Below are positions 25,649-37,000 of a stretch of DNA of 57,314 bases, one piece after another. The position numbers and the translations under genes are program-made. Below the pieces are notes generated by a model. The model was not told where the DNA came from. It made no database searches and saw nothing but the letters and a program-made list of their open reading frames with translations. The DNA is from Candidatus Thorarchaeota archaeon (lineage in GTDB: Archaea; Asgardarchaeota; Thorarchaeia; Thorarchaeales; Thorarchaeaceae): the NCBI GenBank assembly GCA_038893995.1, contig JAWAQK010000007.1:1-57314 (forward strand). Reading direction: 5' to 3'. Each line of letters begins with the position of its first letter. The stretch's first letter is position 1.

Positions 25649-27994
25649 GTGAAAAGCAATGTCTATTGGTCTTCCATCAGGCCTGCGATGAACGAATCCT
25701 CTCCTGGGGTAATACTACCCGTCCTGGCAGTACAGCAGCTGGAAACCACCGCTCACCACAGGATATACCAGGCCGTGCCACATGGATACGCCTTGGCCTC
25801 TCATCTCTCTGCAGTCCTGGAGTCCGTTGACTCGCGCGATATCGAATTCATGCTCGAGTGTCATCTGCCGATTCGCCTCTACTGCGGTGACTCGGAGAAC
25901 GAGGTCCTGCTCCTGGAGGAACTTGCCATCTTCTCTGGATCGTTCGACATCGTAACACCACCGGATCTTGGTGACCTTGTTACTGTAGTTGAGTCCGCTG
26001 CTGATCTGGAATCGCTCCTACGTGCAGTAGGGGCTGTTGAGAATAGGCTTGACGCGACCGTGTCTGAGACCATGACGATACCGGGCCTGCTTCCCGAGTA
26101 TCTCGCGACCGATATCTTGTCACTTGCTGACTGGCCTACACGGAGTACATGCCCGGCTGTAGTCATAGTGCCGTCGACCCTCAAGGCCTCCGATCTCGAC
26201 AGACAAGTCTCAGTCCTGCGTCATGCTATCGCATCTGCGCGGGATTTCACGGAGAACATGAGTCGGATCCTAGGTGCAGCTCGCAGTCTGTGTGTCAGCG
26301 GTTTCTCATCATTTGAGAGGGCCATGCTTGACAAGATCGAGCGTCTGGACCTCAGGATACTTCGACTGAGATCGGAAGTTGAGTCGATATCTGAACGATT
26401 GCGCGCTTCTGAAACAGACACCCGTAGACGAGATCAGCATGCTGTGCAGGAACTAGAGCGTCGTCGCATCGCATTGGAAAGGGATGAGACACATCGCCGG
26501 TCGCTAGGAGAGCAGCTAGACTCCCGACGGGCCGAACTCATGACCCGCCTCAACTCTCTTGAGGAGAAGGCCCGTCGCCTGATGAGCCAGATGAGTGAAC
26601 AGGAGTCCCGATTGCGAGGCGCTTGGAGTGAGCACATTACTGCCGGTCTGAGGGGTATCAACAGGATCATGGTCCCCTTTGTCGTCGTGGGGTACTCTGA
26701 GAAGGGCGTCCTCAAGATCGTCTTCCGTCCTCCCTCTATCATTTCGTCACCGTCCGAGAGAGGTCGAAAGAGAGTTCGTGTCAGCGACAACATAGTGTCT
26801 GCCAGCAAGTCATTTCTGTCCCTTTCCGAAGCACTTGGACGAAGGACCCAGAGTGACGTCGCCCTCCTTGACCACATACGTAGGGCAGGCGCGAGGTCCA
26901 ACATCCTGTCACTCAAACAGACCCGAGACTCTCTCCGTGAGGGACTCTCTCTCTTGGTCGCGGAGGGCATCCTCAGGAAGCCGCAGTTGCTGGAAACGGA
27001 ACGTCTGCTGTCCCGTTTCCCTGAGACAACACTACCTCCGCCAGTTTCGTCAGCTAGATCTCTTGTCATTCCCAAGAGTGACGTAGTGACAGTCAGCTTT
27101 GCTGTGACTGATGAGACAGGGCATCCCGTTGTTGGTGCCAAGGTGACAGTCGACGGAACAGACCTTGTCACTGACGGCAGAGGCATCTCCAGTTTCTATC
27201 TGGCGGAGGGAAAGCACCATGCAAGTCTGTCCCTGGACGGACTCATGCCCACCGATTTCGAATTTGATCTGACATCTGGTGGCGACGTCGTAATCCCCGT
27301 CGTCCTCAGACGTTTAGGACAGGAGATGGGTATAGAACTCCTTGTTGAACGAATAAGGAGGAGGGCCCAGACGATCGACAACCTGCGCAAGAGGTTACTT
27401 CCAGTCATCGATGAACACCGAGAGCGGCTTCTTACCGACCCTGAGAACAGGCACGATCTTGAGACACTACTGAGTGAGCTTGGATATGATCCTGATAGGT
27501 GGATATCCAACGCGCGCAATGGGGGAGGCAAGTTCTCTAGACTATTGACTCGAAGCGGCCGCGACAGCCTTGTGATGATGTGCATGCTGTCCCTCATTGA
27601 GGCGTCCAGATCGGTAGGAGGAATGATGCATCTTGAGGAGGTTCTGTACAGTCTTCAGTCTCAGGGAGTAACAGTGACGCCGGCCGAACTAGAGCGGATA
27701 CTGAACACAATGAAGAAGCAGGGTCTCATCCATGGTGTCGTGACACTGGATGGGACCAAGATCGTGGATTTCATTCCTGTACAGCACTCGGGCGATCCGG
27801 AGGAGATACTGAAACTGGCTGCCAAGAATGACTACAAGTTGACTGCAGAGGTCGTTGTGACATCTCTTGGCTGGACAATGGCGAGAGCCCGGCGGTCGCT
27901 TGACTATCTGGTAGAGGTCGGCACTGCTAAGGTTGAGAACCTCTACTCGAGCGGCTCCATCTATCATTTCCCGGGACTAAAACGAGTTCGATGA
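25649..27994 (+). CDS. Multidomain protein: coiled coil + PEGA/carboxypeptidase-regulatory-like beta-sandwich + C-terminal EAP30/Vps22/Vps36 (ESCRT-II) tandem winged helix
   Basis: GGMMHLEEV...FIPVQHSGDPEEILKLA...SLGWTMARARRSLDYLVEVG...YHFPGL matches the Vps22/36 C-terminus; VTDETGHPVVGAKVTVDG...TDGRG; start uncertain (25649 GTG or 25688 ATG). Confidence 0.8.
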   Translation: MKSNVYWSSIRPAMNESSPGVILPVLAVQQLETTAHHRIYQAVPHGYALASHLSAVLESVDSRDIEFMLECHLPIRLYCGDSENEVLLLEELAIFSGSFDIVTPPDLGDLVTVVESAADLESLLRAVGAVENRLDATVSETMTIPGLLPEYLATDILSLADWPTRSTCPAVVIVPSTLKASDLDRQVSVLRHAIASARDFTENMSRILGAARSLCVSGFSSFERAMLDKIERLDLRILRLRSEVESISERLRASETDTRRRDQHAVQELERRRIALERDETHRRSLGEQLDSRRAELMTRLNSLEEKARRLMSQMSEQESRLRGAWSEHITAGLRGINRIMVPFVVVGYSEKGVLKIVFRPPSIISSPSERGRKRVRVSDNIVSASKSFLSLSEALGRRTQSDVALLDHIRRAGARSNILSLKQTRDSLREGLSLLVAEGILRKPQLLETERLLSRFPETTLPPPVSSARSLVIPKSDVVTVSFAVTDETGHPVVGAKVTVDGTDLVTDGRGISSFYLAEGKHHASLSLDGLMPTDFEFDLTSGGDVVIPVVLRRLGQEMGIELLVERIRRRAQTIDNLRKRLLPVIDEHRERLLTDPENRHDLETLLSELGYDPDRWISNARNGGGKFSRLLTRSGRDSLVMMCMLSLIEASRSVGGMMHLEEVLYSLQSQGVTVTPAELERILNTMKKQGLIHGVVTLDGTKIVDFIPVQHSGDPEEILKLAAKNDYKLTAEVVVTSLGWTMARARRSLDYLVEVGTAKVENLYSSGSIYHFPGLKRVR

Positions 27995-28181
27995 GGACCG
28001 GAATCCAGGGACTCGCCTAGTCTCTGCTAATGCAACTCTGTGTCTGTCCCTCAATGCTCCGCCCAGTCGGCTCTAGTGCCGCTCTGGTCTGCCGGCACCT
28101 TCAACCTGAGGACCCCGTGTTCCCGGCGCCTTGCGGACATCTCACCGTCTGTAGCCGGCACAGGGTGTCACGACCAGGTTT

Positions 28182-28487
28182 CTACCATTCCTCGTCGTAG
28201 TCCTCTTCGTAATCGCTCTCGTAGTCGGTGAGATAGTCTTCTTCTTCATCCTCGTCCGTGAAGTCCTCAAATTCCTCTTCTTCTTCCTCGAATAGGAATG
28301 TATCGGGGTCTGGCTCCTCCCTTATCTCACGTCGTTCACGTCTGACCCTGGGTTTCTGGACTGCCATACACAGGTTATCCTCTGCGTCGTAGTATGCGCA
28401 CTCTGGACAACACTCACCACGATGATCACATAGGCTGTACGCATCACATCTCTTGCAGCATTTGAGTTCTGAGGAGTTCTGTGACAT
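28182..28487 (-). CDS. Small Cys-rich protein with highly acidic tail
   Basis: CCKRC..C..CCPEC..C (8 Cys), a basic patch, then a D/E-rich C-terminus. Confidence 0.7.
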   Translation of the reverse strand: MSQNSSELKCCKRCDAYSLCDHRGECCPECAYYDAEDNLCMAVQKPRVRRERREIREEPDPDTFLFEEEEEEFEDFTDEDEEEDYLTDYESDYEEDYDEEW

Positions 28488-28610
28488 GTTATGCAACCCA
28501 CTCACTTCCCCGCCTCAAATGGCAAATAAGCGTCTCCAAAGGAAACCGGTCCCCGTGGACGTTTCATGAGCACGAGGCAAGGTTAAAAACTGCCCGGAGT
28601 GTGGCCTCAA

Positions 28611-30356
28611 TTGGTCGACGTGGAACGCCTGGAGTCAGAGATCAGAAGGTTCGTGCTTGAGAACGCGGTCAAGTACGACGGTAAACCGAACGCCAATTCA
28701 GTGATGAGTGCGCTCATGAGTGCAAGGGCAGACCTTCGCCCGATGGCGCGTGAGGTAAGAGCACTGGTCGAGCGTCTTGTGGCAGAGATATCTGGATTGG
28801 GCCTTTCCGCACAGAAGAGTGAACTGGCCCGTCTAACTCCCTCGACCGCGCCGACCCTCACGAGTGTCGTAAAGGAGGGCGATACGGGTCTTCCTGACCT
28901 GCCCAACGTCGACAAGTGGCCGAAGGTAGTCATGCGCCTGGCCCCGTTTCCCTCAGGACCTCTTCACATCGGAAACGCTCGAATGGTCATCCTCAACGAC
29001 TATTATGTCAAGAGATACGATGGCAAGCTCATCCTGGTCTTCGACGATACGATAGGATCAGAAGAGAAACAGGTTGAGCCCACCGCATATGACCTCATCC
29101 CAGAGGGGCTCGAATATCTCGGTGTGAAGTATCACCAGACCGTGTATAAGTCAGACCGACTGGATCTCTTCTACGATTACTCGGTTGACCTTATCAAGAA
29201 GGAACATGCGTACGTGTGTACTTGTGACCCCCAGAAATGGAGGACTGAACACAAGGCGAAGAAGAAGCCCTGTCCCTGCAGGACGCTCCGCGTGGAGGAA
29301 AACCTGTCCCGATGGGAGAAGATGTTGGACGGAACCTATGCTCCAGGAGAGGCTGCACTCAGAATGAAGACGGGGATGGATGACCCCGATCCTGCCATGC
29401 GCGACCACGTCATCATGAGGATCTCTGAAACGGTCCATCCACGCGTTGGTACGCGATATCGTGTCTGGCCCCTGCTGGAGTTCTCATGGGGCATCGACGA
29501 TCACGAGCTTGGAATATCCCACATCATTCGTGGAAAGGACCTTGTCAAGGAGGGTAAGATAGAACAGCACGTCTGGGCCTTCTATGGTTGGCAGTTCCCG
29601 GAGCTACTGTACTACGGCAGGCTCAAGATTGAGGGAGTGAAGCTGAGCAAGAGCAAGTCTCGCAGAGAGGTCATGGAAGGCGCCTATAGGGGATGGGATG
29701 ATCCACGTACCTGGAGTATTCAGTCTCTCCAGAAACGCGGCATTCATCCAGATGCCCTTCGGAAGGCCATACTCGATCTTGGCATGAGCCTGTCCGATGC
29801 GTCCCTCTCAGTGAAGTCCATATACTCGGAGAACCGGAGGCTCAGAGACGCAGACGCCCCCCGTTTCTTCTTTGTTCACGAGCCGGTCTGGCTCCAGATT
29901 GAGAACTTTCCGGAATCAATACGGACTGCAGAACCTCCTTTGCATCCAGACTTCCCTGAGCGTGGCCGGCGTAGGATAGACTTGCACCGATCAGAGGGCA
30001 GGTTGGTCGTGGGGGTTCAAAGGACCGACTTTGAACGGATAAGAGAGGGAGAGCTGTTCCGTCTCAAGGACCTTGCCAACATTGTGATGCGAAAGTCGGC
30101 AGGTGCATTCCCACAGTTCCATAGTACCGACGTGGATGAGGTGTTGAAGCTGAGATCTCCAATCATTCAGTGGGTGCCCGGAGAAGGTGTGGTCAAGGTC
30201 CGGATGACCATGGAGGACGGTCTTGATATCGAGGGAATTGCTGAGCCGGGTCTGGCCGGAGTGGAACCTGGCACGTTTGTACAGTTCGAGAGGTACGGTT
30301 TCGCAAGGATCTACGACGTGAGTGGACCAGTGATGGCTGCCTTTGCCCACAAGTGA
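28611..30356 (+). CDS. gltX: Glutamyl-tRNA synthetase (archaeal type)
   Basis: RLAPFPSGPLHIGN (HIGH), SHIIRGKD, KLSKS (KMSKS), GWDDPR, QFERYGF. Confidence 0.96.
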   Translation: MVDVERLESEIRRFVLENAVKYDGKPNANSVMSALMSARADLRPMAREVRALVERLVAEISGLGLSAQKSELARLTPSTAPTLTSVVKEGDTGLPDLPNVDKWPKVVMRLAPFPSGPLHIGNARMVILNDYYVKRYDGKLILVFDDTIGSEEKQVEPTAYDLIPEGLEYLGVKYHQTVYKSDRLDLFYDYSVDLIKKEHAYVCTCDPQKWRTEHKAKKKPCPCRTLRVEENLSRWEKMLDGTYAPGEAALRMKTGMDDPDPAMRDHVIMRISETVHPRVGTRYRVWPLLEFSWGIDDHELGISHIIRGKDLVKEGKIEQHVWAFYGWQFPELLYYGRLKIEGVKLSKSKSRREVMEGAYRGWDDPRTWSIQSLQKRGIHPDALRKAILDLGMSLSDASLSVKSIYSENRRLRDADAPRFFFVHEPVWLQIENFPESIRTAEPPLHPDFPERGRRRIDLHRSEGRLVVGVQRTDFERIREGELFRLKDLANIVMRKSAGAFPQFHSTDVDEVLKLRSPIIQWVPGEGVVKVRMTMEDGLDIEGIAEPGLAGVEPGTFVQFERYGFARIYDVSGPVMAAFAHK

Positions 30357-30409
30357 CGTTCACTAGACACCAGAGGACTAATATGCGAAGACTTCCATAC
30401 CTTTGACCA

Positions 30410-31171
30410 ATGTCGAAAGGTAAGTCAGCCAAGAGTAGCACAAGACCGAGCATATCGCCAGCAATGTTTCGGACGACGGGCCCTGCTGCTAAGCTGAGAG
30501 TCAATGACAAGTGCAGCAAGCTATACTACTTCAGCGAGAAGATAAAGGTGGAACAGGCAAGGGAGTTGGCACTGAAGGAAGGCGCAGAACTACTGTCCGC
30601 CGCGCCAGACAGTCTCAGTGTCGGTGCTCCTGCCCTCAAGTACGAGTTCTACTGTGCATACGACGCTGTCATGACCATGAGATTTCTAGTCTCGAAACGA
30701 CACGAACTCAGTGTTGCAGAAAGCGTTGTTGGTGTTGCGATCGACAAGCTCGTGCTGCAACCCACTAAGGGAAAGGAGGTTCCCGGACCTGTAGTCACCG
30801 TTGATATGGTCGAACTTCATGAGATGAAGCGAAGCGACTCAATGGTAGTGGACGGTCAGACGGGCCTCCAGGCAGAGGTCATGGCTGCGCTCCTGAAGGG
30901 CCCAGGTAAGGTTGCTGCCACATCCGCCTGGTTGGGAAAGGCCAAGGTTGTACCGGGCAAGTTCAATTCCATTGACAAGGTCGTGAAGGAGATAGGCAAG
31001 GTGGTGCTCCGTGTGCCCCCAAATGCCTCAAGACTGGTCGAGGCCAGCCTAGACTTCAAGCAGCTGGACGGCTACTATGTTCCTGTGTACTACGTTTCGG
31101 TGTCACATGGAGGCACGTCAAAGATCCTTCGAGTGAATGCGGTCAATGGTTCTGTCGCATTGAAAGTATGA
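30410..31171 (+). CDS. Hypothetical basic protein
   Basis: 253-aa ORF downstream of gltX; ends YVPVYYV...VNAVNG. Confidence 0.7.
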   Translation: MSKGKSAKSSTRPSISPAMFRTTGPAAKLRVNDKCSKLYYFSEKIKVEQARELALKEGAELLSAAPDSLSVGAPALKYEFYCAYDAVMTMRFLVSKRHELSVAESVVGVAIDKLVLQPTKGKEVPGPVVTVDMVELHEMKRSDSMVVDGQTGLQAEVMAALLKGPGKVAATSAWLGKAKVVPGKFNSIDKVVKEIGKVVLRVPPNASRLVEASLDFKQLDGYYVPVYYVSVSHGGTSKILRVNAVNGSVALKV

Positions 31172-31328
31172 TTCAACAATGGCCGCCTCTGGGCCCCATT
31201 TCTTGAGGGAAACATCGGCCGTATCGGTGCTGAAGCCTGTCATTGGCTGAGGGGCGGCGATCGCCTAACGCGGACATTTCGAACTACTTATACATCGATT
31301 CACAAGAGACCACTAGAGGCTCAGCAAC

Positions 31329-32531
31329 ATGCCACACTATACGGCTGTGCTGGTGAGGTATGCGGAACTCGGGATAAAGTCGAAACGGACCCGACGCAGG
31401 ATGCAGCAGCTGCTCGCCCGAAATATCCGTCTGGCCCTTGAGGAGTCATCCGTTGAATACGAGACAGTCAGAGAAGAGTTCGGTCGTCTATTTGTGATCA
31501 CGCACGACGCTAGGAGAGCATCCCAAGTAGTTTCTAGGGTTTTTGGAGTGGTTTCTGCGTCTCCGGTAGTGGAGATCTCGTCGAGGCTGGACGAGATACT
31601 AGATGTGGGGTGTCAGGTGGCCGAAGAGGTCCTGAGACCCAATGTGTCACTTGCCGTCAGAGCCAGAAGATTCGGTAACCATGAATACACAAGCCAGGAC
31701 ATCCGGTCGCAGCTTGGCGCCAGGATCCTTGAGGTCCTCGCACACAGAGGACTTCGTGTAGATCTGGACTGTCCAGAACAGATAGTTGCAGTCGAGGTCA
31801 GGGATGAGCGTGCCTACATCTATGCCGACACTGACCAGGGGTTTGGTGGCATGCCGACTGGGTCCCAGGGAAAGGTGGTATGCACGGTTTCCACTGGACT
31901 GGACTCACCAGTTGCAGCATTCAAGGTGATGAAGCGGGGATGCGTTCCCGTGTTCGTGTACTTCGACAACTCGCCCTATACTGACAGCCGCTGTAGAGAT
32001 GTTGCCATTGCACAGGCCAGACGACTTGCAGGATACATCTACGGCGAGGAGGTGAAGATGTACATCATACCCCACGGGGATGACCTTGAAGATGTACTCC
32101 ATCACTGTCCCTCGAAGATGATATGTGTGATGTGCAAGAGAAACATGCTCCGTCTTGCACGCGAGGTCGCATTTAGAGAGGGTGCCGACGCAATAGTCAC
32201 AGGCGAGATTATTGGCGAACAGGCCTCTCAGACGACGGCCAACCTACGTGTGATCAGTTCCGCGGTCAGTGACTATCCCGTGCTTCGCCCCTGCGCAGGT
32301 GACGACAAGAGCGATGTTGAGAGAATGGCCCAGAGAATAGGGACCTATGAGTTTGCCCAGCAGTCTCTCACTTGCTGTACACTGCCACCACGATACCCTT
32401 CCATTCAGGCTGACCTTCACAGAGTACTCGAATGTGAGAGTGAGATGGACCTGAGTGTCATCAGGAAGGAGCTTGATCGGGCTGAGATACTCTATCTTCG
32501 TACGAGTGCGGGTGAGCCCGCTGGTGCCTGA
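31329..32531 (+). CDS. thiI: tRNA 4-thiouridine(8) synthase ThiI (THUMP + PP-loop; Cys-motif type)
   Basis: VRYAELGIKS, GGMPTGSQG, STGLDSPVA, CVMCKR, TGEIIGEQASQT, CC. Confidence 0.93.
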   Translation: MPHYTAVLVRYAELGIKSKRTRRRMQQLLARNIRLALEESSVEYETVREEFGRLFVITHDARRASQVVSRVFGVVSASPVVEISSRLDEILDVGCQVAEEVLRPNVSLAVRARRFGNHEYTSQDIRSQLGARILEVLAHRGLRVDLDCPEQIVAVEVRDERAYIYADTDQGFGGMPTGSQGKVVCTVSTGLDSPVAAFKVMKRGCVPVFVYFDNSPYTDSRCRDVAIAQARRLAGYIYGEEVKMYIIPHGDDLEDVLHHCPSKMICVMCKRNMLRLAREVAFREGADAIVTGEIIGEQASQTTANLRVISSAVSDYPVLRPCAGDDKSDVERMAQRIGTYEFAQQSLTCCTLPPRYPSIQADLHRVLECESEMDLSVIRKELDRAEILYLRTSAGEPAGA

Positions 32532-32638
32532 CCATCTCCAGTTCTGTGCACGGCTGAGCAATTGAAATTGCTTAAATAGCCGTATGAGCAGTCTTGATTC
32601 AGAATAGTCCCATTTAGCACATATGGAGAAGGATAGAT

Positions 32639-32875
32639 TTGCCGCGTTCTAGAAAAGACCGCATAATTCCAGTAGCACCGGTCGACAGGCTCATGAGAAA
32701 GGCCGGTGCTGGGAGAGTCAGTGACACAGGTGCTGAGCGACTGGCCCAGATCCTTGAGAAGATCGGAATCGAACTAGCGAAGAGAGCTGCAGAACTGACG
32801 GAACTCTCACAGAGAAAGACAATTACCGAGAAAGACGTGAACATGGCCTACGAGCACTGGCGGCGCTCCTGGTAG
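32639..32875 (+). CDS. Archaeal histone (HMfA/HMfB family)
   Basis: IPVAPVDRLMRKAGAGRVS...RKTITEKDV histone fold; TATA-like cttaaata near 32571. Confidence 0.93.
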   Translation: MPRSRKDRIIPVAPVDRLMRKAGAGRVSDTGAERLAQILEKIGIELAKRAAELTELSQRKTITEKDVNMAYEHWRRSW

Positions 32876-32924
32876 ACCTTGCCGCCATGGTATCGATCGT
32901 CACGAGCATTAGAGAGGATATCCG

Positions 32925-33611
32925 ATGCTCCGGAGTGATGTGAGAGTTGACGACTTTACGGTCCTCCTGTCCATTCACGAAGTCACACCAGCCTACGAGG
33001 ATGATGTAGTCAGGTCGTGTGATATGCTCGATGAGCTCGGGCTATCGAGCTACACCCTCCTTGTCGTCCCGTTCTATATGCTCAAGAGGGCCAACTCGAT
33101 CGATAGACATGAGCTCTTCACGGAGTATCTGAGGTCACTCGGTAAGGAGATTGCCCTTCACGGGTATTCCCACATGTCAAAGTCCGGCTCGCCAAATGAG
33201 TTTCGCGGAATGACCACTGAGAAGGCAGTCTCGAGGGTGAGACTTGGGGCCGAGATGTTCGAGAGAGTCTTTGGCTTTAGGCCCGCGGGCTATGTCCCTC
33301 CTGAATGGGAGAGTACAAGGGCCATGGCCAGGGCACTCTCGACGATGAACTTCGGATTTGTGGTTGATGGCAATAGGATCCTGTACAGCGGACATGGACC
33401 CTGTGCCGTGTCCGGTAGCGTGATCAGTTTCGGCGACTATCGCGTTCCTGTCGTGGATGTGCTGGTCGAGATGGAACTCGGTGGGTCCCTCCAGATCGCA
33501 GTTCATCCGCACGATCACCGATACCCAGCCATGCGCGAGCTTCTGGTAGATCTCAGAGATCGTCTGGGCTACCGGTTCTTTGCATATGGCGAGTATGCGA
33601 TTAGGCCCTGA
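32925..33611 (+). CDS. Polysaccharide deacetylase / DUF2334 family protein
   Basis: SIHEVTP, EIALHGYSH, NEF, GYVPPEW, IAVHPHD. Confidence 0.8.
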   Translation: MLRSDVRVDDFTVLLSIHEVTPAYEDDVVRSCDMLDELGLSSYTLLVVPFYMLKRANSIDRHELFTEYLRSLGKEIALHGYSHMSKSGSPNEFRGMTTEKAVSRVRLGAEMFERVFGFRPAGYVPPEWESTRAMARALSTMNFGFVVDGNRILYSGHGPCAVSGSVISFGDYRVPVVDVLVEMELGGSLQIAVHPHDHRYPAMRELLVDLRDRLGYRFFAYGEYAIRP

Positions 33612-33960
33612 GCCTGTATCTTCGCGACACTGACTTCCGATCGAACGTAGGTCATCATGGCTCCATTCGTCACGGACGGGTCTGCTGTCTCCAGCTAATA
33701 GATGTGGTTCGTTGCGTCGTTTGACCCAATTCTGAATGAGCCAAGTGATTCATGGTCCGTTCACTGGTCCCGAGCCGGTGAAATCTCTCAGGGAGGTCAT
33801 CATCTCTACTGGCCCTATGAGTGTCAGCTGTAGGCACTCGTTCAGACAGTCATGCCTTCCACAATACCCATTGACGAGACTTCTCTTGGCGACACACTCG
33901 CCTGAGCATAGTCTTCGAAAAATAGAACGGTCCTACGCCGGTCAGAACGTCGGTAAGTAC

Positions 33961-33980
33961 AAAATGATTTCTTATATATC
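33961..33980 (+). promoter_or_regulatory. Putative BRE/TATA promoter of the giant surface protein gene
   Basis: aaaatgatttcttatatatc; similar A-rich + (c/g)TTA(A/T)A elements precede many genes here (near 19107, 20408, 28581, 32571, 47888). Confidence 0.5.
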
Positions 33981-34027
33981 GGGACTCCATCACAGCTTCA
34001 CGAGAGAGCAGGTGAAGCCCAAGCTCG

Positions 34028-37000
34028 GTGATTAGTCAGGGGATGCTTAGAAGGTTGTCCGTGAAGAAGTATTCTGTGCTGCCATTACTAGTGGTATTCA
34101 TGTTTGTGATACCGCTCCCGGGTCCCACGACCAACATGGTGCCCAGCGATGAGACGTCCACAGGCTGGGACTTGCCTCGAGACTTTTCCGTCGCTGACTA
34201 TTCAGTGGGACAGTCAGGCACTGGTCAATCCCTCCCGGTCTTTCTTACGGGGACTCTGGTCAATCGGTACGATTCAGTGTTTGAGATTTCCTCAACATCC
34301 CCCGGCACCACGACGATCTCCCTCGACACGGGATGGACCGGGAGTCGTCTCGTCACCAGAGTTCGAGGAATGTCCACATGGCGTACCGACGATCTTCTGA
34401 ACGGCCAGCTTGACTCATATCACTCTGAGAAGTTTATAGTAAGCGGTTACTCTCAGAGCTCCACATCTGTCTCTGTCCCGAACTCCTGGACCCTGGGCAA
34501 GCAGGCCTCCTTTGGCAGCGCCCTGAACAGGTTTCACCCGGCCTATGGCATCTGGCGTTTCTCGTCTTCGTCCGGAGCAGGATATGGGGGTACGATGGGT
34601 TGGAGGTTCCAGGCATCCTGGTCCGCATCGGACTACCTTGCCAGTACAGACCGTATATACATGGGGCAGCTGGTCAACGTCCCTTACAGGGAGCTCTATG
34701 GTACAACCATATCTCTACAGTATAGGATCCCGACATCCCCTGTCTCGAATATGAACGACCAGGTCTACCTCTTCGTGTCCTTTGCAGGCTACGAGGCAAA
34801 GCTGAGGATATTCGAGCCATCGGATCCCGTGGGGTCGTGGATAGCAGAGACGGTCACCATTCCTTCGGCATACCTCTCTAGCATCAGTATGCCAAACGCA
34901 CTACTACTCCAGGTAGGTCTGGGGACAGACCTCTCAGGAACGCAGTCCACAGCCCAGAATGCCTATGTCTTTGTTGACAACATCGAGTTGCGATTGAATG
35001 TCCGACCCTTCCCTGAACAGCTGGGTCTGAAGGCGAATGGTACCAGTGTGGTCGGTTCAGAATGGGGCTCGACCTATCAATATCTGACGGGATCTGGTCG
35101 TGATTGCTATGACGACCCGTACTATGGTCTTGATCTGGATGGTGTTGACTGGTGGTCCTCCTCAGGTATCAACACGGTGTCCCTATACAGTGATGGCGGT
35201 TCGAACGACTGGGCCAATGCACAGATCTACCGGTCGGGCCTCCAGTTTCCGCTTCAGATCCCCAGAGGCGCGGTGATACTCAGAGCCTATCTCGAGCTAT
35301 ATCCCACAGAGTCTGTGGACCCACCTGCAATGAGGATATACGTGGCTGGAAAGACCTCCTCGGGGCAGAGTGTTTCTCCGTTCACCACGGGCACTCCTCA
35401 CCTTAAGGACCGCTTCATGTGGTCATCAACAGGGGTCGACTGGACGCCGTTGAGATGGAACACAGAAGGTGACGAGTCCTATGGTTATCAGATCATTCAG
35501 CGAAGTCCTGACTTAGCGCCCCTCGTCCAGAGCGTCGTTTCTGATGGTGGGTGGACAAGTGGACAGTATATCTGCATCATGCTCGACTACATGAACTCGG
35601 CGACAACACAGTCATACAACAATTTCGCTGGAAGCTACGGTCTCTCCCCGCCTGTAGTACCAAGATTGATGGTGGAGTATCTTGTACCACTTCCGGACGA
35701 CGAGGTATATGTCCGTCAGTATAGGAAGGATCTCGTCATTGACCACAACAAGGTCGCCGCAGACCTGACCTACTTCCCGGTGATGGTCGATATCACCGAT
35801 GCTGACCTGCGAACTAAGGCACAGGCCGATGGCGATGACATAGCATTCAGCATGGGCAATATCGGCCTTGATCATGAGATAGAGTACTACGACTCCTCGA
35901 CAGGGCGACTCGTGGCATGGGTCCTGGTCCCATATCTTTCCTCGACTGTCGATACTGTCATCTCAATGCAGTATGGTAATCCGTATGCCCGGCGGAGCGT
36001 GTGCAGGTCGATGTGGCGAGACTACGCCCTCGTCATGCACATGAGTGACGATCCGTCTGGTGTACTATACGACAGTTCTCCCTACCGCCATTATGGGACA
36101 TCCTATGGCTCCATGAGTGGCGGAAGCCTCGTACCAGGAAAGGCAGATGGTGCAATCCGTTTCGACGGTGTGGACGATCGGATCTCTGTTGGTCAGATCA
36201 ATACTGATTCCTGGTCGAAGGTCACTTTCAGTGCGTGGGTATACCATGATGACACAGGTGATGACAGAGTCTTCTCGAAGGCATTTAGCACAAGTCCGAG
36301 CTATCACATCATGGCCACACAGTTGGCAGGGACCACCTACAGGGTCAGGTTGTGGACTGACGGGACCAACGGGCAATCTGCCACTCATGATTTTGGCACA
36401 GTCACCAGTGGTCAGTGGCATTACATCTCATGGACCTGGGACTCTTCCACCGGGCTGATCACCGCATACCTCAATGGAAACCAACTAGGCTCCGCTCAGT
36501 CACACACAGGTGCCACAGTGAGGGACTCTGTGGAGATGTTCATCATTGGAGACAACAGCCTTGCGACCGATCCCAGCCACCAACGGTTTCTCGCTGGACG
36601 AGTTGATGAAATCAGGTTGAGACCACAGTCACTCAGCGCTGCCTGGTTCTGGACTGAGTATCAGAATCAGAATAGTCCCTCCACTTTCATGTCCGTCGGT
36701 AGTGAACGCGTGAACCCGTTGTCATGGGTGAATGAGAGTGTTGTGAAGATGACCTTTAGCACGAGTTCTCAGGAACCCGTGGCAATGGACGTTCAGATGC
36801 TCATGAGCATCGAGGGAGAAGGTCGAAGTCTGGATGAGAACTTTGAGGAGGGAACCTCCTTCTATGTCGCCAATGCGTCAATCGTGGAGTGGACTGCCAA
36901 GATACTGGTCTCACCGCCCCCGGAAACCAACAACCTGGAGGTACGTGTGGCATTTCCGCAACAGGAATGGCGACCTACGAAGGTCACTAACCCATTAGGA

